In this document: in pieces, positions 54,701 to 64,000 of the stretch
How the letters are laid out: each line of letters opens with the position of its first letter
How positions within the stretch are numbered: position 1 is the stretch's first letter
NCBI RefSeq assembly: GCF_016433145.1
Contig: NC_058134.1
Coordinates: 283,036,533-283,100,532 of the forward strand
Direction of reading: 5' to 3'
From: Gracilinanus agilis
Lineage: Eukaryota
Length of the DNA stretch: 64,000 nt
The notes under the pieces: generated by a model
Databases searched by the model: none
Seen by the model: only the letters and a program-made list of their open reading frames with translations
What the model was told of the DNA's origin: nothing
Position numbers and translations under genes: made by a program

Positions 54701-56855
54701 GAAGGGTCAGGCGGAGGGGCACAGGCCCAGAGGGAGAAAAGTGGGGCAAAAGCTTGGAAGGGGAGTGGAGGCGAGGCACCGGGTATCTCAGGCACCAGCC
54801 TTCTCCAGGCTGGGAGATGGTGCATCTGGAACAGTCCAGGAGGTTTGGTAGATGTGGACTAGAGGGATTCCTGGAGGCAGTGAGTGCTCATTTCTGCATC
54901 AGGGGAGACAAGGTGGCTTCCTTCTCCCCGTGTGTCCCCCTCAGCTTCCATTGTCCTCTTCCACAGATGTCTTGGGTCACATCATGAAGAACATCACGGC
55001 TAAGCGCTCTCGGGCCCGGGTGGTCGAGAAGCTTCTGTCCCTGGGGCTGGTGACAGAACGCCGGGCCTTGTACAAGAAACGCCAGAGGAAGAAGCCTGTG
55101 AGTCCCGGGCTCGTGAGCGGCCTCTGGGTACCACCTGGTGGGCAGAGACCTAGTGGGTAGCCCGTGCGCCTCCAATGCCAGGGGATGAGCTTTATCTCAG
55201 CAGAAGAGGAGCCGGGGGCCTTAGGCAGGCTGGTGAAGGTATGGGTGGGAGCCCCAGGCAGGCTGAGCCTCCCAGGGATTCTCTGTCCCTCCTGGTCCAC
55301 AGGGAAGAGGTCTTTTGGGCATTGGTGGTCTATGTGTCCAGTGGACTTCACCTGGGTCTGCTCCGGCCACCTGCCATGGGGAGCAGATGGTAGTGTAGAT
55401 GGGTACTGATGGCTCGGGTCCTGCACTCTTGAGGAGGGTGGAGAGGCTGGACTCAAACTTTCTCCTGACTGAATCAAAGCAGCCTCATGTCTTGTCCAGA
55501 AGGTGGCCCCATCCTGGTCAGAGCTCTCATCCCCCAGCTCTCTTGGGCACCGTGCCCAATGGGCCTGGTTGACCTTTTATCCCCTCATCTCATCACTGGT
55601 CCAGAGAGGGGCAAGATCTCTCATGTCTGAGCCTGGCTGTAGCTGCTTCCTTTCAGGCGGCAGGAAAGGACCCCCTGAAGGTCCCTGACCAGGAGGATGA
55701 AGAGGAGGGGGAGGAACAGCAGGAGGAGGAGGAGGAGGACAGTGAGGAGGATGAAGAAGGCCCAGGGGCAGAAGCAGCTGAGGGCTCCCCAGTGCCCCTA
55801 CCCCAGAGCCTGAGGCAAATCCTGCAGGAGGAAGGTGAGGCAGCCACTGGCTGGGCTTAGACAGAGGCTTCTGGCCGGGGCCCAGGCTCCTCACCTTCCC
55901 TTGCCTTCCCCAGACTTCTCTGCCCCCCTTCTGTGGCTCCAGAACTGCCTGATCCGGATTGCTGACGACCGGGAGGAGGCTGGTGAGTGGGTATGGGGAA
56001 TGCTGGGGAGCAGGCCCCGGGGGCCCGAGACATGGTGGGGGAGTGGGGGGGTACCTGCTGCCCCCTCTAGGCCTGCCCCTCTGTTCCAGGCTGCACCCAG
56101 CCAGTGCCCTTGGTGCCTCTGACAGAGGAGAACGAGGACGCGATGGAGAGTCCGGCCTTCCAGAGGCTGCTCAGAAAGTTAGGGATGCGGCCCCCAGCCT
56201 TGGAACAGGTGAGGGCCTTGGCCCGGGGGATGGGCACACTCGCTCCCGACCTCTCGCTGACCATCGGCCTTGACTTCCCAACCACTTAGGAATCTTTCTG
56301 GAGAGTTCCAGCCCAGCTGAGCCCCGCAGTGCTGCGGACAGAAGCCGCTTCTTTGGCTCAGGCTGGCCTTATGGAGCAGGAGCTGGGGAAGGAGCAGCCG
56401 CCTCCCACCCTGGAGGCCCTCCTGCCAGCTGGGAAACGGAAGCGAGACCCCAGGCTGCCAGGTAACAGGCCTGGGATGGAGGGAGAGATGGGCAGCGGGG
56501 CAGAGGGCCAGCCTGAGGCCTTACCACATGCTTTCCCAGCCATTTCAGAAGTAGTGGCCGAGGAGCCATCAAGTCCTGGGCCCCAGAAGCCTCTGTCACC
56601 GGACAGTGCCGGGGGGCAGGGGATGGATGGAAGCAAGGACAGAGGTATGTGTGCCTCCATGTCTTTGTGTCTGTCTGTGTCTGTGTGTGTGTGTCTGTGT
56701 GTGTCCGTGTGTGAGACCACTCTCTGTCATTGGTCCCATGGAGTCCCTCACCATGTCCCCTCCCTTCAGATCTCCTGGATTCTGAGCCGGACTCCCCTGA
56801 GGCCCCCAGAATCCCCAAGAGGAGGCGGTTTCTGATAGAGGATGAAGATGACTGA
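44260..56855 (+). CDS. TIMELESS: Protein timeless homolog (replication fork protection/circadian), 28 coding exons, about 1205 aa
   Basis: Exons 44260-44356 ([23 protein letters not shown]), 44467-44620, 44715-44829, 44920-44982, 45128-45229, 45305-45460, 45539-45672, 45770-45857, 45972-46148, 46433-46650, 46794-46897, 46986-47155, 49342-49485, 49584-49735, 49957-50054, 50175-50316, 50421-50622, 50737-50882, 51530-51615, 52931-53054 (probable GC donor), 53133-53218, 54967-55097, 55657-55834, 55914-55982, 56090-56208, 56290-56461, 56540-56644 and 56770-56855 (...[11 protein letters not shown]). Phases are consistent and the total is 3618 nt. The translation matches recalled human TIMELESS motifs ([44 protein letters not shown]). 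Confidence 0.97.
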
Positions 56856-57135
56856 GGAGTGGCCCCTCTGGCAGGCTTTGGTGTGACTGAAAAGATGCCC
56901 CCGTGCCACTCCCCAAGGCTTGGGTCCAGGGAGACCCCCGTGTGGGGCAGCCTGGCCAAGGGGGCAGCAGGGGTTTCCCTCTCGAAGCTCTCCCTGGGGG
57001 AGACTTTGTTTCCGGGTCCTTGGAGAGCAGGCCCCTGCCCCAGGCCTGGGTTCCCTGCCTCATCCCCCAGCTTTGGAGCCTGGCGTGGGAGGGGGGTGGC
57101 TCACAGGTGCTTCTGGTTCTGTGCTTTGTTGTGAA

Positions 57136-57141
57136 ATTAAA
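57136..57141 (+). terminator. Candidate TIMELESS polyA signal ATTAAA; a distal AATAAA lies at 57995-58000
   Basis: First polyA hexamer, about 280 nt after the stop codon. Usage is not verifiable from sequence. Confidence 0.5.
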
Positions 57142-58974
57142 GCAACAAATAGTCCCTTCCTCTGTGGGCTTGAATCTCAGCGCATTTCCCCCTCAGCCGG
57201 CCCTCCACATAACTGAAGTGACCAGGACAATGTTGGAGCCCTTCCAGGCCCTGGCTTCTGGGAGTGGTTCTTGGTCCAAAGACCCTGAGGCCATTGGCAG
57301 GGAGTGTGACCGAGCAGGGCAGAGCGAAAGAGAAAAATCAAATGTTTTTGTGCCCCTGAGGACACCCATTAAGAGGCCAAAGTCTAGCCTGCAGAGAGGG
57401 AAATGGCTCTGAGTGTCCCGCCGTTTTTTGACCCCTTTTGGCCTCTGTCTTCCCAGTAGCTCGTGTAAGGGCTGGGAAGTACAGAAAAATAGGCAGGAAG
57501 ACCTAGGACGGCGGCCCTCCCGCCCGGGCTCCCTCTGATGAGGACCCACCCTCTTCAGGTGTCCCTCCAAAGCAATGTGTCCATGAGCCTGACTCGCCGC
57601 CATCGACCAGATCTCCTAGCGGACATGGGAGCTCGCCCTGGCTCCACCCCCATCTCCAGACTCTTGCCCTCCACGATCCCCAGTTTGTTCGTCCAAGGCT
57701 CCTGGTATCCTGCAGTGTCAGCTAAGATATCCTGAATTATTGGCCATCACGCTGTGCCCAGCTGATGAAGTCCTGCCTGAGCATCCCCTAAACCCTCCAG
57801 ACATGGGCCATCAGCCTTGGTGGAAAAGGCAGCCTACTTGTTTCTTTGGATGGAATGCAGCTCTCCTTTGATGGGGATGAGGCGACAGAGGCAAGTGCTT
57901 CACCTAAAAGCCTTCAGCCCGTCTTCCTAGTGTTCCGATGAGCGGCTCAAGCCCGTGTCCAGTGAGGCCTAGTTTAGTGCTGTGATAGCTGCCTAATAAA
58001 AGGTTTTTGAATGGCCAACCAGAATGAAGGGATCCAGGAGACCCCGGAGAGGGGAAAGAGGCGTTGATGTGAAACTTTTCTAAAAAGTACACAAATGATA
58101 AGTCTCCAAGCCATAAAGATAGATAGATTTATTGGGGGGAGGGGGGAAGTCCCACAGCAAAGCCGGGCCTTTAGTAAGACCAGAAGGACCCCACGCACTG
58201 TGAGAGACCTTATTTTATACCTCAAAGAATTAGACACCCTTCATACCAGTACAAAAATAGTACAAGAAAATACTCGTACCCTTCTAAGAAGAGAGACACC
58301 CAGAAGCAATATTCATCGGTTAGGTCAGCTAAGAAGCACCCCTTATTGGTAAAAGAAATCTTTTGACCATAACTTAAGAATCACTTGATGGAAAGTGGGG
58401 GAGCAGTGATGCCTGGGCTAAGACTGAGTGCTGGTGGATAGCACCTGAGCCAGAGCCAAGCCACACATCCTGAATCTTGTTAGGGTGAATGATAAATCAG
58501 TTTTGAAGGGTGTAAGGCCTATGCTAAAGCAATTATTTACTTAATTCAAAACCTTAATACTTACACTAGAATATTCATTAAAAGTCTACTAAAATCATCA
58601 CATATGCTAACGTTAAAATCTAATCCTCAGGGGGCAGCTGGGTGGCTCAGTGGATTGAGAGCCAGGCCCAGAGATGGGAGGTCCTGGGTTCAAATCTGAC
58701 CTCAGATACTGCCTAGCTGTGTGACCCTGGGCAAGTCACTTAACCCCCATTACCTAGCCCTTACTACTCTTCTGCCTTGGAGCCAATACATAGTATTGAT
58801 TCTAAGACGGTAGGTAAGGGTTTAAAGAAAAAAAATCGAATCCTCATATAAAGGGACAGGGAATTTTTTTCTCACAGCACCCTGGGGGCACTGGCAGCTT
58901 AGGTCAGCTCCAGGCTATTGGGTTGAGGTCCCAGGCCTGACCTGTTCTATCTTAAGGTCTGTCTTGTGAGTGAA

Positions 58975-59585
58975 ATCCTCTATCCCCTTCTATGATTATA
59001 ATAATATTAGCCTTTATGATTATAACACAGATAATATAGTTTGCTTCATCTGATTTCTAAACATTAGCTAAGAAAAATATAGTTCAAGGGTGTTATCAAA
59101 TCTTGCTGACAAGCATTCTGACCTAAAGCCTGAAACATAAAAATTTCAACCAAGCCCACCACACCCTGTTGCAAAATTGTAAGTCTGGAGGTAGAGGGAT
59201 ACTCTCAGGTGCAAATGTCATTCATAAATGTCATCCAGTTGTCAGCGGGGGAAAAAAAATTTAGATCTTAACTCTTTACTGAAAAGGTTTTGGAAAGGTC
59301 AGTAATAATAATAGAGATAAAGTTGCCACCCATAGTGCTTATTTTTTACACTTTCTGGCTTATACAGCACTTGTTTGATCTGTCCATATGAAAAATTTTG
59401 TATTCAGTCTGTCTTTTATGACAGGATGTCATCAGATTTCTATGTATAAAGAAAAGGCCATCTCCTGAGGCTCAGGCTCTCTGGTCTTGATCCTGACCAG
59501 AGTCCAGCTTTATTGTGAGACTGGTCACCTCTCAATAAACCTATCATTCAGCTTGGAGTCTGTATTGTCCGGATAAATTTTCACA
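58975..59585 (+). mobile_element. LTR (sense copy), paralogue of 14310-14865; 5' boundary uncertain
   Basis: AATAAA near 59534 and a TTTTCACA end, with inverted homology to 14310-14865. Another antisense LTR-like piece lies at ~58066-58385. Confidence 0.7.
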
Positions 59586-60299
59586 ACAGTCTTCAATTAG
59601 CTTCCAGCCCCTTCTTTGTCCTGCAAATATCAAGCACCTGCTACGTATTTAGCCTTTACTAATGTCCCATCTAATTGTACTAGGAGAGTCCTTAAAGGTT
59701 ATATGATGCAGTGCAAGCTGGGATGGGTCTATTTCCCTGACAAATAGAGCACCAGTAAGTTTAGAAACTAATTTTCCCTTCTGTAATATTCATTCCTTGG
59801 ACTTCTCCAAGCCAGAGCAGCATTGTCAGTATGAATAGAAGAGACTAGCAAGGAAGGTGGACTGGGAAATAAAACATGATGATAATAATAGCTTACATTT
59901 ATAAGGTCCTTTATAAATGGATATATGTATATATGTTTTAGACATAAATTATAAGTAAATTAGGGGAACATAGAATTGTTTACCTGGCAGATCCATGGAG
60001 AAGGAAAGAACTGATGACCAAACAAGATAGAAAGATTACAAGATGTAAAATGAATCCTTTTGATTGTATGAAATTAAAAAAGGTCTTGTACAAATATATA
60101 GTACTTTATACAGATTCCTTTTGGTCTTCAGTGGAAATAGGACCACAATAATTACTATAATAATCACAGCTAAAGATCTTATAAATATCTCATTTGATCT
60201 CTTTATAACCATCTTGAGATGTAGGTATCATTATCATTGTTGGACTCATTTTACACTTGAGGAAAACAGGTTAAATGGCTTGCCCAGCTATTTATTGAG

Positions 60300-60378
60300 T
60301 GTCTGAAGCTGAATTTGTCCTTTGGTCTCCCTAACTCCCAAGTTATTTCCCCAATCATATTGATGGAGAAACAGGTTC
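60300..60378 (+). promoter_or_regulatory. Putative liver-type APOF promoter
   Basis: DR1/HNF4-like TGTCCTTTGGTCT at 60316-60328, C/EBP-like TTTCCCCAAT and ONECUT-like ATTGAT just upstream of the first coding exon. These are motif matches only. Confidence 0.4.
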
Positions 60379-61828
60379 ATGGAAGGTGAGATGTATAGAG
60401 CTTAAGGGGTAAATCTCAGACCTGAAATCTAAGTCCACATCTGCTGGCCATTTTTCTGCATCACAAAGGGGCAAGGTCTGCTCTGGTGCAAGATGGACAA
60501 ATATTTGCAATGATCATCTCTCTTGCCAATAGAATAGTGGGAGGAGAGGTATGGAGAAGTACATAATGGGGTTAGGGTTACAAAGCAGTGAAACATTTCT
60601 ACAAAGGAAGGACCAAGGGCCGTTCTTGAGCAGGTGGGTTTCCTTCTGTCTCTTGTGCGATGACAAATTACTCTAGCCACCAATGAGGCTTTCTATAACT
60701 AAAGGTGGAGCAGGGGAGGAAGGAGAGCCTAAATTCTCAAATAATTGGTCCAAAAGTTCCAACCTTGGCTATTGGTGTCCAAAGTTTGATCAATGTTGGT
60801 TGTAATATGGTTAGTCATTCCCCTTTGAGACCCCGAGTACTTTTAGACACCAGCTGGAAAAGAATAGCTTTATGTCTTCTTCATATTCCTCTCTAGCAAG
60901 GCTGTGTCCAGGACCCTCCAAAATGTCTGGAATGGTGCTTCTCTGCTGCTTCCTGCTATGCCCAATAACTGCCCTCCCAGGCAGATCCCAGCCAAAGGAT
61001 CCTTTATCATTAGAGTCCCAGCTGCCCATTCTCGGCTCCCTGCCCTGTCGGGACCTATTGCCCGTGTCTCTTCCCAGCTTCAGTCACCTAGCCCCTCTGC
61101 CTAGGTACCTGATCAGCCTGCCATTGTACATAACCCTGGAGCGAGCTGGCTGTCCATTTGATGCTCATGCCCTTCGGCTGCAGCTCTATAGACTGGGTGG
61201 GGTGAAAGTCACAGAGATGCTCATCCGACAGCTTCGAGACCTGAGAGGGCACGGAAGAGAAAAGAAGTCCAACCAGGTCCTGTTCTCCATTCTTCAGCTT
61301 CTAGGCAGGAGGAACAAGAGGTTGGGGAGGGCCTCTCGTTCACTCTCCATGGCAGATTGCTTTGATGAGAAGGAGCAACAGGTACACAGTGTTATCCATT
61401 TCATGCCACAGTTAGGAAGTTACTATAACCTTGGAACAGCCTTCTATTATGCTGCCCAGGACTGCTCTGCTCAGGCTTGGGACCGAGGACAGGAAGCAGC
61501 CCTGGACCTAGGCTATGATTTCCTTATTGGGCTGAGTGGGATAACAGGGGGTCCTGCAGGAGTCATGGCCAGTGTGGTCCTCAGGCCAGTGTTCAAAGCG
61601 GGTGTCCAGAGGCTGATCCAATATTACAGTAAAACGGAGGAGTCAAGCAGTCCTTCTCCGGGCACAGATCAGAGTTGGCAGAAGGCCTGGAGAATCACCA
61701 CTGAAGCGGGCAGCAGCTGGAAGAAAGGCCAGGAGGTGACTCCAACTGTGGGCTATGGAGAACATATGGATGAAGTGACCGAGAGCACCTCCCTGTGGAA
61801 TTGGGTGTTCTTCAAGAGTTGGGGATAG
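60379..61828 (+). CDS. APOF: Apolipoprotein F family precursor, 2 exons, about 312 aa
   Basis: Exon 1 60379-60385 (ATG GAA G|gtgag) joins exon 2 60897-61828 (ctctag|CA AGG) in phase 1. Signal peptide MVLLCCFLLCPITA. Motifs PLSLESQ, SLPSFSHLAPLPRYL, LQLYRLGGV, R|SLS..DC..EKEQ, YNLGTAFYYA, DLGYD, GVQRLIQYY and WNWVFFKSW align with recalled human APOF. APON is a related paralogue, so orthology needs a tree. Confidence 0.88.
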
Positions 61829-62439
61829 AGAAGGCAGAGCCTGCCTACAAGCTGGCTACAGCTGGGGGAAGGGGGGTGGGGATGAGAGTGGTTTATAAGG
61901 AAGAGTCAGAGAGCTGTGGGTTCCAGTGACAGGTAAACTGTCATTATCTGTCTGTCCTTATCTACCTCGCCATCCAACCATTTATCTATCGGTCTTTATC
62001 CATCTCTCCCAATACACGTCATTATGTACAGATGCTTAATAAATGCTGGTTGATTGTTCTTTGCCGCTATGACTTACCCATAGATACTAAAAAGATGATT
62101 GCTGAATTAAATTGAACCGAATAGGACGACTGGAGTCGTTTATATTTTTTTGGAATCAGAATCCAACTCTGCCATCTTCCCTCCTCCTCCCCCAAGTTAA
62201 ACTCATTTTGTTTTTGTTGCTTTGTCCCACTCTTTGTGACTTCCATTTGAGGTTGTCTTGACAGAGATACCAGAGAGATTCGCCCTTTCCTTCTCCAGCT
62301 CATTTTACAGAGGAGGAAACTGAGGCAAACAGGGTGAAGTGACTTGCCCTGGGTCACTCTGAGGCCGGATCTGAAGATGAGTTTTCCTGATTCGGGACCT
62401 AGCCGCTCACTACCTCTTATGCCAATTCCCTGTGACAGA

Positions 62440-63250
62440 CAGCCCTTAGTTTCATTCAGTCTCTTATTCCCCAATTGCTCCGCCTCGATTCCCGGAAACT
62501 TCTCTACACCCGGGTTCTATCTTTCAGTTTTTATTGGGCTATTCTTCTAGGCGAGCCTCCTCCCCCAGCAGAAAAATAGGGGCGGGCTGATCGGATGAGG
62601 CGGGGCTTCTCACGCTTCGCCTCCGGTAGGGAGCCGGGGCTGAAGCCTGCCGAGGTTCCAGTAGAGAGCCGAGCGAGCGCTCGTCCCGGAGGGAGGGGTA
62701 CGCGGGAACCGGAATAGCCACACCACGGGTGGAGCCTGGGAAGGAGGGGGAGGGGCTTCCAGTGTTGAGTGCGAGTCGGGAGGTGGGTGCTGGTCTCTGG
62801 ATCCGAGAGCTGGGGAGAGAGACCCGGGCCAGGTAAGGAGGCAGAGGACTCCCCTCGGAAAGGGAAGTGCGTGGGTGTTTGGTGGCTGAAACCCCACCGG
62901 CGAGCGCAGGAGCCCCCGATCCCTTCCCCTCACCCCCGCCCCCAACATCCCCGAGGCAGAGTGCCGGGACCCTCATCCCAACCCTGGCCTGGCCCTATCC
63001 CAGTCTCTTCCCTTCTGTCCCCCCACCCCTCTACTTGCGACGCTCTTGGCTTGGTATCCTGGCCTCTCCCTGAGGCCTATGCTCCATCCTACTAGGCGAT
63101 TGAGGAAGCTGGTGTTAAAATACGAGATGTAATCTATTAATGTGGCAGGGGGCGGGGCGGGGGAACTATTTGATCCTGTCCTCCGAGCGCGCCTTCTTGT
63201 GCCCCTCTCCCTTGCGAACCGCTCATTAAACCCAGCTGCCTCTTCCTGCC
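62440..63250 (+). promoter_or_regulatory. CpG-island promoter with a non-coding first exon, probably STAT2
   Basis: CpG-rich; perfect GAS TTCCCGGAA at 62489-62497; IRF/ISRE-like AGTTTCATTC at 62448 and CTTTCAGTTTT at 62521; CCAG|GTAAGG donor at 62832/62833. STAT2 follows APOF in the same orientation in human and mouse (recalled synteny). No STAT2 coding exon is in the window. Confidence 0.6.
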
Positions 63251-64000
63251 AGCCTCCTCCACTATAGGAGGCTTTTGATTTTAGTTTAAACTTTTTTTTA
63301 AAACCCTGACCTTCCGTCTTAGAATTAATACCTTTAACGGGACCTCTCCAGGGTCCGAGGCCACACACATTGGAACCCAAGACCCCCTGGCTCTCAAATC
63401 TTCGGAGCCATATAGCTGCCCCCAACTTATGAGGCTTTTAATAGCACTTCGCCCATGGGAAGCGCTTCAGAAATGTTTGTGATTGATCTCTGTATCTTCC
63501 AAAGGGCACAAGTCCCCAAGTGGCCGCCCAGCAGGGGCTACCAGCCCTGGGTCTCTGAGGTAGCTAACCGCGATCTATGGGAATATACTCTCCATCTCCT
63601 TCCAGGACCGGCTTTGCTTCCACTTAGTTTAGTCTAGTAATTAACCGGTAAAATCATTCGGTATTTTACAAATCTCTTGATCAACTTGTCTGTCATCCCC
63701 CTCCCATTTTTTCCCACCTAAATTCTTATCTCCTTCCCAACTTTTCATAGTCCAAAAGGAAGAGCACGTTTATTATAGAGTAGAAGGGACATATATACAT
63801 ATATAGACCCACACACCCAAAAATATATCTGTATTTCTCTACACACATGCATGGACATATGTATTTAGGTCTTTATCTAGACAGGAGTGAGGGAATTCAT
63901 TTTTGATACCATATTTTCTATTTTATTTCCTACTATAACTATATTCCAATAAACCTCATGTGGGTTCTTGTTAAAGAAAAGCTCTGTTCTCAACACTCTC

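Noticed and set aside
44086-57735. Dozens of overlapping 60-200-aa ORFs on both strands across TIMELESS
   Set aside because: They are alternative-frame or antisense read-throughs of GC-rich exons and short introns, fully explained by the spliced model.
57400-57960. GC-rich stretch after TIMELESS as a possible retrocopy or APON remnant
   Set aside because: No frame resembles APOF/APON or another protein I recognise; an extended 3'UTR or flank is the simpler explanation.

Overview
Vertebrate genomic DNA, almost certainly from a marsupial and probably a didelphid opossum, judging by about 20 copies of a Monodelphis-type tRNA/CORE SINE and marsupial L1s. It corresponds to the human 12q13 MIP-TIMELESS-APOF-STAT2 block, with all genes on the + strand. 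1-21.5 kb is a TE-dense intergenic region (L1, SINEs, solo LTRs, a young hAT MITE) with a 796-N gap. 21.9-24.4 kb holds an intact 5-exon aquaporin of 270 aa that best fits AQP14, a subfamily reported as lost in eutherians; its 15-nt first coding exon and split ORFs hide it from the ORF track. 25.3-27.8 kb is MIP/AQP0 (263 aa). A CpG-island promoter at about 30.2-30.7 kb and 28 coding exons at 44.3-56.9 kb make up TIMELESS (about 1205 aa). 60.4-61.8 kb is a single APOF-family gene, and 62.4-63.3 kb is a CpG-island promoter with GAS/IRF-like motifs, probably STAT2 by synteny. The main points of interest are the intact AQP14 with a non-aromatic pore filter, only 864 bp upstream of MIP with no canonical polyA signal in between; two roughly 200-bp duplications of equal divergence (9 mismatches each) in TIMELESS intron 1, one copying an exon3-intron3-exon4 segment; a three-level L1/Tigger/LTR nest; and a probable GC-AG intron. 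All coordinates were counted by hand. Family assignments rest on recalled reference sequences, not database searches.
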